Below, in pieces: positions 34,746 through 43,562 of a stretch of DNA of 64,000 nt. Source of the DNA: Synechococcus sp. UW140 (GTDB taxonomy: Bacteria; Cyanobacteriota; Cyanobacteriia; PCC-6307; Cyanobiaceae); assembly GCA_943372935.1 (NCBI GenBank), contig CALSAP010000015.1, forward strand, positions 1 through 64,000, written 5' to 3'. The position numbers were made by a program, and so were the translations under genes. Under the pieces are notes generated by a model. The model was not told the DNA's origin. It saw nothing but the letters and a program-made list of their open reading frames with translations, and searched no databases. Every line of letters starts with the position of its first letter. The stretch's first letter is position 1.

Positions 34746-36479
34746 ATGCTGCTCCTTCTCGCCCAGTTGGTAGCCCCGCCCCTACAGGACGGCCCGGTCC
34801 GCTTACCAGGTCCCCCCCGTCAGCTGGAGCGGCCATCCCCCGATGTGACCCGGCCTCCTGATCCTGTGGACATCAGGCCCCTCGAGGCACCGGCGCGCGA
34901 TCCAGATGTCAAGCAGCCGGCCCCCGCCACCCCGGAACCGCCCTCTCAACCACCGCCATCCGAGACACCCACCTCAGAGCCGGCGAGCCCCCTGCCGGAA
35001 ATCCGGGGGCTGACGCTCTACAGCCCTCTCCAGGTGCGCGAGATCCTGGCCAAGTGCAGCAGGATCGCCGATCCCCAGGAGCTCCTCAAGGCCTGCGCCG
35101 CTGCCCTCAGCGCCAGGCTCGTCTTCGATGGGTATGTCAGCAGCCGCGTCTACGTGGTGAGCGAGCCTGCGCCTGGGTACCTTGAGGTGGTGGAAGGTCG
35201 GATCGTTGGGATCCAGGTGTCCGGCCGCGATCCGTTGCTGAACCGTCGTGTCGGACGGCTGCTTAACCCCCTGCGGGGCCAGATCCTGCGGCTGAGCAAT
35301 GTGGAGCAGCAGTTGCAGCTGCTCAAGCAGCAGCCAGGCATCGAGAGCGTGCGGGGCACCCTGGCGCGGTTGGGCAGCGATCCCTCCGAAGGGGTGTTCC
35401 GGGTCGCCGTGGAACCGGCCAGCGAACCCTGGCAAGGGGATCTGGCACTGCGCAACGACGGCACCAGCGGTTCGGGCGAGTTTCGGGCCGTGGCCACGCT
35501 GCTCAAACCCGGCCTGCTGCGGCGCGGGGACACCCTGCTGGTCTACGGCGAGCTTGATGCCACCGACACCCCCGAACTGGGGGCGGCCATCGCCTCGGTG
35601 AGTTACACCTACCCCTTCAGCGACACCTTCAGCCTCACCGGTGGTTTCGGTTTCAGCCGCCGCAACCTGGTGGAGCTGCCGGCACCGGTCGACGGGTTCT
35701 CCACCAGCCAGTTCCAGGCCCTGGCCCAGTTCGAATGGGTGTTCCGCGAATCCCTCAGCCAGCGCTGGAGCCTCTTCGCCGGCTACAGCAACAGCCGCAG
35801 CAACACCTACGAACAGGGCGCCGTCCTGCCGGCCGCCGTCCCCGACAGTGTCCGCAGCCCAGCCGGCGGCTACCTGCGCTTCGGCGTCAACGCCAGCGGG
35901 CTCAGTCGCCGCGCCAGCTGGAATGGCAGTGCCTACCTGCTGCAGGGTGTCACGGCCGCGACCCCGGCGGTCCAGCGCCAGCAACTGGCAGAGGCGGGCA
36001 TTGCCGTGGGTGGGGCCACCGCCATCGGTGGCTTCCTCTCCGGCTCCTGGACCGTGGCACCCCGCTGGCAGCTCAACCTGCGAACCGCCGCCCAGCTGGC
36101 CTTCGCCCCGCTCACCTCATCGATGCAGTTCACCCTCGGCTCCGATGTGGGGCTGCGGGGCCTCCCCGGCCAGCTGATCAGCGGCGACAGTGGCTGGCTG
36201 GCCAGCACCGAAGCGGTGTGGACCTTCTGGAACGGCAAGACCAGCGCCCTCCAGCTCGTGCCGTTCATCGGCGCCGGCGGCATCCGCACCAACTTCAACG
36301 GTGGCTCCTTCGGCGACACGGTGGGGGCCGGTGGGGTGCTGGTGCGCTGGCTGGCCAGCAACAACTGGACGGTGGAACTTGGCTGGGCCCAGCCGTTCTC
36401 CACCAACGACAACTTCGGAGTCTGGAACGACTGGCTGCTGGGACAGGGCCTTTACACCAAGGTCAATTACCGATTCTGA
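34746..36479 (+). CDS. TpsB transporter (ShlB/FhaC family), partner of TpsA-2 (divergently transcribed)
   Basis: Paralog of 9793..11496; conserved MLLLLAQLVAPPLQ N-terminus; C-terminal ...TKVNYRF. Confidence 0.85.
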   Translation: MLLLLAQLVAPPLQDGPVRLPGPPRQLERPSPDVTRPPDPVDIRPLEAPARDPDVKQPAPATPEPPSQPPPSETPTSEPASPLPEIRGLTLYSPLQVREILAKCSRIADPQELLKACAAALSARLVFDGYVSSRVYVVSEPAPGYLEVVEGRIVGIQVSGRDPLLNRRVGRLLNPLRGQILRLSNVEQQLQLLKQQPGIESVRGTLARLGSDPSEGVFRVAVEPASEPWQGDLALRNDGTSGSGEFRAVATLLKPGLLRRGDTLLVYGELDATDTPELGAAIASVSYTYPFSDTFSLTGGFGFSRRNLVELPAPVDGFSTSQFQALAQFEWVFRESLSQRWSLFAGYSNSRSNTYEQGAVLPAAVPDSVRSPAGGYLRFGVNASGLSRRASWNGSAYLLQGVTAATPAVQRQQLAEAGIAVGGATAIGGFLSGSWTVAPRWQLNLRTAAQLAFAPLTSSMQFTLGSDVGLRGLPGQLISGDSGWLASTEAVWTFWNGKTSALQLVPFIGAGGIRTNFNGGSFGDTVGAGGVLVRWLASNNWTVELGWAQPFSTNDNFGVWNDWLLGQGLYTKVNYRF

Positions 36480-36493
36480 GCCGCCGCCGCACG

Positions 36494-36556
36494 CCGCCAC
36501 CTGGATCACCTTGCCCCGATCCCCAGGATCCGGCAGACCACCGAGCACCATCCCGG
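36494..36556 (-). other. Relic of an internal 3'-region segment of alaS (about 60 nt, about 85-90% identical to 43748-43810)
   Basis: The minus-strand translation MVLGGLPDPGDRGKVIQVAA matches AlaS residues VVLGGLPDPGDLGKVMLVAA about 80 codons before its C-terminus. It lies immediately downstream of the tpsB-2 stop, just as the real alaS lies downstream of tpsB-3. Confidence 0.6.
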
Positions 36557-36996
36557 CCCTGCCCCCAGCTGGTCAGCCAGCCCAGGCGTGCAGCGTCGCA
36601 GACCGGCGCCAGCGACACCATCGAACTTGGTGGTGCACTCGTCCTCTGAGCCGATGGCCTGGCTGAATCGTTGCTTGAGGCTGTACATCCCTTTGCCATT
36701 TCGGCACGGTGACTAGGTGACGAAGACACCTGTGATGGCGTGATGGCGGAGTTCGGAGGCCGCCTCAACACCCATCCGGTCGTTGACGCCCGCGCCGCCA
36801 AGCAAGCCACGCTCGGCATCAGCGGGGGATTGAGCGATTTCAAACCCATTTAAATCTCCAAAGTGGGATTGGCTGCCGGAAATCCGGGGCCCTGCTCTTC
36901 ACGCCTGGATCCGGCGCTGGACCAGAAGTTGCGGTGGCTGCCCAGGAGGGCGCTGCAGCGCAGAGGGCGCGAAGTTCTGTTGGCGTTGTCCGAGAT

Positions 36997-37641
36997 TCAG
37001 GAGGGGCAGCGAACTGGTAGCTGATCGGGCCAGCCATCCTTCAGCAGATCAGCCAGACCGAAGGCGGCACCCAGCTCAGCCCGACTCACTGTGCCGCCGC
37101 AGCGACCCTTGAGGCCTTCTAGCCGTTCGCGGATCCCAGCATCCTGAGGCGTGACGTCCTTCACCAGCAGGCTGATGGCAGGGGGTGAGGACGTCGACAC
37201 CACCTGCAGCTGATCGTCGGTGGAAGCTGCGCCCCCGCCGCAGAGATATCTCGATTGCCACAGGGTGGGGCCTGACAGGGGTGTGCCGCTCAGAAGAACC
37301 AGGGCAGGGGGGCCTGGAGGCAGCAGGCGCTGGGCCGGTGGTGCCGATACGCCCATCAGGCTGAACTGGACGAGCAGGGGATGCAACACACTGGCGGGTC
37401 CTTCCAGAAGGCCCAACAAAGGCGCGTCGCTGGGGGCGAACACACTTGACTCCGGCACGAGATGCACGATCAAGCGGGAAGAGCATTCGCCGCGGGTGGC
37501 GCCAGCCACCCGCCTGCCGGGGAATGTGGTGCGGGGGCTGGCCTGGACGGCGCTGCCAGCCATCAGCCAATCCACCTTGGCAAGCCCGAGGTTGAAAAGA
37601 CAGAGAAGCGACAGAGAGCGCAGCGAGAACGAATAGCGCAT
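36997..37641 (-). CDS. Small secreted DUF928-like paralog (copy 3)
   Basis: Signal peptide (MRYSFSLRSLSLLCLFNLGLA), TFPGRRVAGATRGECSSRLIVHLVPESSVFAP, WQSRYLC, ending ...LPVRCPS. Confidence 0.6.
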   Translation of the reverse strand: MRYSFSLRSLSLLCLFNLGLAKVDWLMAGSAVQASPRTTFPGRRVAGATRGECSSRLIVHLVPESSVFAPSDAPLLGLLEGPASVLHPLLVQFSLMGVSAPPAQRLLPPGPPALVLLSGTPLSGPTLWQSRYLCGGGAASTDDQLQVVSTSSPPAISLLVKDVTPQDAGIRERLEGLKGRCGGTVSRAELGAAFGLADLLKDGWPDQLPVRCPS

Positions 37642-37646
37642 CGATG

Positions 37647-40600
37647 TCACCATGGGGAGCCCAGCAGGGAGATCGCCGCCCAGAAGTAGGGATGGCTGAG
37701 CCCAGAGCGGATGTTCTGGCTCTGGGCTATCGATAGATCCTTTAGCAGGGTTGTGCCATCGGGGGCCAGCACGCGGTTGCCATCCAGGCGGATCCGGTTG
37801 GCAATCAGGTCCTGCCGGAGCGCCCGGACTGCTTCAGCCTTTGGGAAGCCCTGATCCAAATAGCGGTAGAGCTGAAGGAAGGCCGCTGATGTGGCGGCAT
37901 CGTCCACGTACCAAAGGGTGCCAATGGCGCTGCGGGCTCCGGCCTGCAAGGCCAGCCCGGCAAAGCCGAACTCAGCATTGCTGTCCCCCACGGCCGTGCG
38001 GCAGGCGCTGAGACTGAAGAGATCGAGGAGATCACCCTCACGTCGATTGCGCATACGCGCGAATTCTTGGAACGACACAATGCCTGCTCCTGTATGAATC
38101 AGTCCATACTTCGGGTCGCCCGGCAGAAACTCGGCGTGGGTGGCCACATGCACGCGGTCATAGCGTGCCTCGGCAGCTTGATTAAGTAGCACGCTGGGGG
38201 TGAAGAACTGATTGAGGAAGGCATCCGCCGGTCGCTGAGCGGCAATGCCATCAATTTCCTGACGCACCAGAGGCAGGGCCGCCAGCCCTTTAAAGCTGGA
38301 GGCCCCGGCGGCCAGAAGCCGGGACGATTCAGCCTTGGGAGGATTCAGGCAGGTGAAAAACAACGACGGTGTGACCGAGAAGGCGTAGCGCTCGCCGAAG
38401 CTGCTGCTACCGTCGTGCAGGGCCGCAAATGGAACCGAATGCAGGCCGCGATCGGTGCTGATCAAGAGGCTGGTGATTCCGTGCGCCTGAAGATCTGCCT
38501 CGATCGGTGCAACCAGGGCACCGTGGAGCTGGCGAGCCGGCGAAGAGGGATCCGCTGGGTCGTATGGTTCGCGGGACGCGACTTGGTTGTAGAAGCTCTT
38601 CAGCAGGGTGCGGAATCGCTCCAAGGACAGCTGCACCCGCTGACTCTCTGGTTGCCCCTGGCTTGTGATCAGCGTCAGGTCGAGAAAGGCCTGATCGGCT
38701 GTCGCAGCGCCACTGCCGGTGACTTGCCTCTGGGTGAAGGCCAGGCTCAGGATCGCCGGCTGATAGGCCTTGAAGCGCTCTCCTGGGCGGCCCCTGATCT
38801 GGCGCTGGGCAGCCTGTAACTTCGATTGCAGAGTGGCTGTCGTAACTTCCGACATGCCACATTCTGGCCGCATTACATCCGGCAGGGAGGCTGTCACATC
38901 GTCGCTTCGCTGCGCCTCCACCTCCCACAGCTGGGTCTGGGATAGGGAGATTGGCAGGGGAGCGATACTGGAAATTAAGGTCTGAGATGTGCTCCCACCC
39001 CCGAAACGGCTGGGTGAGGATTCGGCAGCGGCCGGATCAGCAGGGTTGAGGTTATCCACGAGCTGGGCCGGCGTGGCGGGCGCGATAAGCCGCGTCGCGA
39101 AGGTCAACGATGGTTGGCTTGACCAGGGAGGCAGGATCGGCCGATTGGCCTGGTTGAAGATTTCCACAAAGGCCGTGGCGTCAGCCGCTGCTAGCGCCTG
39201 ATCCGCAGCATTCAGCGATGGCGGTGCAGTCGCACTCAGGATCACATCCTGGAGATTGGCGTTGAATCGTTCCATAAAGGTGGCGGTCGCCGGCGCCGCT
39301 GGCGGCGACGGGGGTGGTACCTCACCCAGGATCACGGCCTGGGGATTGGCGGCGATGCTGCCGCTCCCCCCGAGCGAGCCAATCACGATCGAGGATTGGC
39401 TCTGCAGCGAAAGGGCCGTGCGATTTTCAAGGTTTCCTGCAAAGTTGATGCTGGATCCTTCGCCGGTCGTGGTCAGTTGGAGAGCGGCTGGCAGTGGGTC
39501 TGGACTGAACAGATTCAACGGCAGCAAGGAGGAGGCTTCGATCGAATCCACCTGCATTGAGGCCCCTACAGCTTGGCCGCCTGTACCATCGTAGGAACCG
39601 GTGGCGTAAACGAATTTGTAATTGCCGATGGCATCGGAGGGCGCCAGAGTCACCGCGGATGTAATCCAGCCGCTGTTGGTATTGTCTTTTGACCAGCTTC
39701 CAATTCTGTCAGCGCTTGTGTTGTATTGCTGCAGGACGTTGTCGATGCCACCTTGGTTCCAAGCCGCGGGCACACTGCCGCCTGATGAATTGAGCAGGCT
39801 GATCGTTCTGCCAGTGCTTGGCTCCAGCAGAAAGGCATTGACATTGTAATCATCATTGGCGCCCGAGGCGGTCCATTTGAATGTCACCGTGTCGCCAGGT
39901 CCCAGGAAGACAGTGCCCTTGGAGACGACGTAGGGGCCCATGATGATGCAGCTTCCTGTGTTGCAGAAGAAGTTGCCGGTCTCCAATAGAAGGGACTGCG
40001 TGTTGCCTGGTGTGGAATCACCGGTCAGTGTGGAGCTTCTGACCCTGAGCGTACGGGTTTCATTACTGCCACAGTTATCAAAGCAGGGTGCCAGTCGAAT
40101 GGCATTTCCCTGGCCGACCCCGGAATTGGCGCCAGCTTCGATGTCAAGGACATTGCGGGTATCATTCGGTACCCGCATCCCATCGACGCGCGAGCTGCTG
40201 GCTTGGGGGTTGAGACCAAAGACAAGCGGCCCAAGATACACATCCCAGCCATCGATTTGAGCAGGGGTGATTACAGTGGAGTCTGATTCCAGGCCAATCT
40301 TACTTGGCCCTGACAAGTCAAATTGCGCAGCATCAAAACCGTTGTTTGTGAACGCCCCCACGCCTTTAACGCCAACAGAAGCATCATTGAAATAGAGCTG
40401 ATTACCAAGCGTTGTTGTATTGGCATTGATGAAGGTGCGACCCAGGCGGCTACTACTCGACCCAACCACAAGGCTGTTGAGAGGAGCACTGGCACCGACC
40501 TCACGATTGAACACCAGCCGTCCGAGCGGGGATCCGAGGTCTACCTGCAGGCTCCCTGGCCCATCCACCCTGCCGAAAAAGCCGATCCCACCGGACCCAG

Positions 40601-41609
40601 ATGGGTCGGTTCTGAGGGCAAACAGATTGTTGGCATTGATCGACACATTGCCCCGGTAAATCTGATCGCCTTCAGAGAAGATACTGACCAGTGGGCTATC
40701 GATGGTGATCTGCTCGGTGGCCTCCAGCAGAACGTTTGAACCCATGCCGGTCGTCCTGATATCTGAGCGTAATTTGATGTGCTTCCCAAGCACGGCGACG
40801 CTCTGCGCCGCCAGCGGCTGGTCACCTCCCAGCAGCACGTTGCCACCCTTCGCATCCAGCAGCAGGCTCCGATTCACTGTCAGCAGGCCGCCATCGATGC
40901 TCAGATCCCCGTTGTTCAGCAGCCCCAGCCCACCCAGCGTGGCGGCTTCGCTGACCAGGCCGGCGCCACCCGGCAGCGGCGCACCGCTCAGCAACCCGGC
41001 CTGTTGCGCCGTGGTGTTTCTGACATCGAACACCCCTGAACCGATCTGTAGGCCGGTTGCCGTGCTCAAGGTGAGGTTGGTGACGTTCTGGAACTGGCCG
41101 CCAGCCTGCAGGGTGATCCCCGCGGGTGAGAGCCAGAACAGGTTGCCCGGCGCTCCCAGGGCCACCGGCTTGTCGATGAAGGTGGGGCTCAAAACCCCCA
41201 CCACCAAGGTGTTGAAGCCTCTGTTCTGGAAATTCACCCCGCTAATCGCGCCACGGGTGTCGAAGGCATCGAAGCGGTGGATCAGGTTGCCGCCTGCTCC
41301 GGTGCCACCGGTCACCAGGCAGGCCCCAGTGGTGCAGGCCGTGCCACCGTTCACCGCGGTGCCAAGGCCGGCAGGACCAGAGGTCGCCGTGATTTCGCCT
41401 GCAGGAACCGCTGTCGCGCCAGCCATAACCGCTAGCAGCGTCAGAACCTGGAGCCCCGATCGTGGAAACAGGGTTGGACCCGTTGAACGGCCAGGCGCCA
41501 CGGCCTTGGCCTGGCCACGCCGCCGCTGCCGCCTGGACGAAGGGGCTGGATCCATGACCGAACCAAATCCTTTCAGCAAACCAACTATGAACTCATCTCT
41601 ACAAGCCAC
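37647..41609 (-). CDS. TpsA-type exoprotein with TPS domain, beta-helical repeats and a C-terminal CHAT domain (third copy)
   Basis: GAGGNLIHRFDAFDTRGAISGV and GNLFWLSPAGITL TPS motifs. CHAT His/Cys (VHVATHAEF; FSLSACRTAVGDSN) with [20 protein letters not shown]. The start within the first about 60 codons is uncertain. Confidence 0.9.
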   Translation of the reverse strand: MACRDEFIVGLLKGFGSVMDPAPSSRRQRRRGQAKAVAPGRSTGPTLFPRSGLQVLTLLAVMAGATAVPAGEITATSGPAGLGTAVNGGTACTTGACLVTGGTGAGGNLIHRFDAFDTRGAISGVNFQNRGFNTLVVGVLSPTFIDKPVALGAPGNLFWLSPAGITLQAGGQFQNVTNLTLSTATGLQIGSGVFDVRNTTAQQAGLLSGAPLPGGAGLVSEAATLGGLGLLNNGDLSIDGGLLTVNRSLLLDAKGGNVLLGGDQPLAAQSVAVLGKHIKLRSDIRTTGMGSNVLLEATEQITIDSPLVSIFSEGDQIYRGNVSINANNLFALRTDPSGSGGIGFFGRVDGPGSLQVDLGSPLGRLVFNREVGASAPLNSLVVGSSSSRLGRTFINANTTTLGNQLYFNDASVGVKGVGAFTNNGFDAAQFDLSGPSKIGLESDSTVITPAQIDGWDVYLGPLVFGLNPQASSSRVDGMRVPNDTRNVLDIEAGANSGVGQGNAIRLAPCFDNCGSNETRTLRVRSSTLTGDSTPGNTQSLLLETGNFFCNTGSCIIMGPYVVSKGTVFLGPGDTVTFKWTASGANDDYNVNAFLLEPSTGRTISLLNSSGGSVPAAWNQGGIDNVLQQYNTSADRIGSWSKDNTNSGWITSAVTLAPSDAIGNYKFVYATGSYDGTGGQAVGASMQVDSIEASSLLPLNLFSPDPLPAALQLTTTGEGSSINFAGNLENRTALSLQSQSSIVIGSLGGSGSIAANPQAVILGEVPPPSPPAAPATATFMERFNANLQDVILSATAPPSLNAADQALAAADATAFVEIFNQANRPILPPWSSQPSLTFATRLIAPATPAQLVDNLNPADPAAAESSPSRFGGGSTSQTLISSIAPLPISLSQTQLWEVEAQRSDDVTASLPDVMRPECGMSEVTTATLQSKLQAAQRQIRGRPGERFKAYQPAILSLAFTQRQVTGSGAATADQAFLDLTLITSQGQPESQRVQLSLERFRTLLKSFYNQVASREPYDPADPSSPARQLHGALVAPIEADLQAHGITSLLISTDRGLHSVPFAALHDGSSSFGERYAFSVTPSLFFTCLNPPKAESSRLLAAGASSFKGLAALPLVRQEIDGIAAQRPADAFLNQFFTPSVLLNQAAEARYDRVHVATHAEFLPGDPKYGLIHTGAGIVSFQEFARMRNRREGDLLDLFSLSACRTAVGDSNAEFGFAGLALQAGARSAIGTLWYVDDAATSAAFLQLYRYLDQGFPKAEAVRALRQDLIANRIRLDGNRVLAPDGTTLLKDLSIAQSQNIRSGLSHPYFWAAISLLGSPW

Positions 41610-41796
41610 TCAGGAAAAGCACCAATCAAGCAACAAACCAAAACCTGCTAGGTCAGAAGCAAACATTCTTGTTCATCGAAAATGTAGCCATAAGCACTTT
41701 TCATGGGCCGTGCCATTGCAACGGCAGTCACGCGCCCAACCGACCAATGGTTGGAAAACACGATCTAATGGGGAACTTTAGATAGCACAACTGGCC

Positions 41797-43491
41797 ATGT
41801 CTCTGCTGCTGCTGGCCCAATTGGTCGCTCCTCCCCTACAGCAGGGGCCGGTCCGATTGCCGGAAACCAGGCCAGCCCAGGAACGTCCTGCGCCCTCCCA
41901 GGAGCAGGAGTCGCCCCCCGGTCTTGAGGTCGAACCTGGCATCGCTCCGCAGTCCCTGCCACCTGAGGCGATCCCGGCCCGGCCGGCCCCAACCCCGCCC
42001 CTGAGCGCACTTCCAGCTGTCGAGGGACTAACCCTATACAAAAAACAACAACTGTTCTTGATCCTGGGCCGTTGCAGCGCCATCGCCGATCCGGCAGAGC
42101 GCCTCAACGCCTGCGCCGCCGCCCTGGGCTCCAGGTTGGTGGTCGATGGCTACGTCAACAGCCGCGTTTATGCCGAGCCCACCCCGGCGCCCGGAAGGCT
42201 GGTGGTTGTGGAGGGGCGGCTGGTGGAGCTGAGGGTCAATGGCAATGGGCCCTGGCTGAATCGGCGAATTGACCGGCTGATGCGCTCGCAGCAGGGTCGT
42301 GTGCTGCACATCCCCTCGCTCGAGAGAAACCTGCAACTGCTGCGCCGCATCCCAGGGGTCAAGCAGCTGCGCGCCAATCTCTCCCGCCTAGGCAGTGATC
42401 CCACCCAGGCCACCCTCACGATCGACGTTGAGGCTGGGGGACCGCGTTGGCAGGGAGACCTGGCGCTGCGCAATGACGGCAACAGCGGCTCCGGCGACGC
42501 GCGCATTCTGGCCAGCCTGCTGAAGCCCGGTGCCCTCACCGCCGGCGACAGCCTGCTGCTCTACGGCGAGCTCAACGGCAAGACCGATCCCCAGCTCGGC
42601 CTCGGGCTTGTGTCGCTCAGCTACAGCCTGCCACTTGGTGACTCACTCAGCTTCACCACAGCCGTCGGCTTCAGCCGCCGCAACCTGATTGAGCTTCCCA
42701 GGCCGGAGTTCTCCAACGAGCAGTTCCAGGCCCTCGGCCAGCTGGAGTGGATTTTCTCTGAAAGCCCCACCCAGCGCTGGAGCACTTTTCTTGGCCTCAG
42801 CGGCACGGTCAGCGCCAACTTGATCGATGGGCAGTCGCCGCCCTCTCTTCTGCCGGAGATCCTTCGGAATCCTCAGAGCGGCTACCTGCGCCTGGGGGTC
42901 AGCGGCAGCGGCCAAGGGCTTGGGTTCGGATGGGGCGGAACGGCCTATTTTCTGGCGGCGACACCCGGCCTGATGCCCGGTCATCAGGTGTCGGAGTGGC
43001 GCCAGGCCGGCATCGACCCAGCCGGAGCCTGCGCCATCGGAGGACTGATCTCCGCCTCCTGGGCCTTTGCCCCCCGTTGGCAGCTCAATGGCCGCCTGGC
43101 CGGGCAGTGGGCCTTTAATCCCTTGTTGCCGCCCATGCAGTTCAGCCTGGGCTCAGATGTGGGGCTGCGCGGGCTGCCCGGCCAGTTGATCAGCGGCGAC
43201 AGCGGCTGGCTGGTTGTGACCGAGGCTGCCTGGACCTTCTGGCAGGACCGGACTCATTCCCTGCAGCTGGTGCCGTTCCTCGGAGCCGGTGGGATCCACA
43301 CCCAGCTGAACAGCTTCAACGTCACGGAAACCATGGGATCCGGTGGATTGCTTGTGCGCTGGCTGGCTGGCAACAACTGGGCCTTCGATCTGGGCTGGGC
43401 CCACCAGTTCACCAGTGGTAACGTCCAAGGCCCTTGGAACAACTGGGTCCTGGACAACGGTCTCTACGCCAAGGTGCACTACCGCTTCTGA
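41797..43491 (+). CDS. TpsB transporter (ShlB/FhaC family), partner of TpsA-3 (divergent)
   Basis: Paralog of the other two TpsB genes; N-terminus MSLLLLAQLVAPPLQQGPVRLP; C-terminal ...AKVHYRF. Confidence 0.85.
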   Translation: MSLLLLAQLVAPPLQQGPVRLPETRPAQERPAPSQEQESPPGLEVEPGIAPQSLPPEAIPARPAPTPPLSALPAVEGLTLYKKQQLFLILGRCSAIADPAERLNACAAALGSRLVVDGYVNSRVYAEPTPAPGRLVVVEGRLVELRVNGNGPWLNRRIDRLMRSQQGRVLHIPSLERNLQLLRRIPGVKQLRANLSRLGSDPTQATLTIDVEAGGPRWQGDLALRNDGNSGSGDARILASLLKPGALTAGDSLLLYGELNGKTDPQLGLGLVSLSYSLPLGDSLSFTTAVGFSRRNLIELPRPEFSNEQFQALGQLEWIFSESPTQRWSTFLGLSGTVSANLIDGQSPPSLLPEILRNPQSGYLRLGVSGSGQGLGFGWGGTAYFLAATPGLMPGHQVSEWRQAGIDPAGACAIGGLISASWAFAPRWQLNGRLAGQWAFNPLLPPMQFSLGSDVGLRGLPGQLISGDSGWLVVTEAAWTFWQDRTHSLQLVPFLGAGGIHTQLNSFNVTETMGSGGLLVRWLAGNNWAFDLGWAHQFTSGNVQGPWNNWVLDNGLYAKVHYRF

Positions 43492-43562
43492 CCAGCGCCG
43501 TGACGGTATTCGCCCCCGTAAGGGGACCGTGAGCTGCGTTTGGTGCTTCGAGCCGTGAGTGC

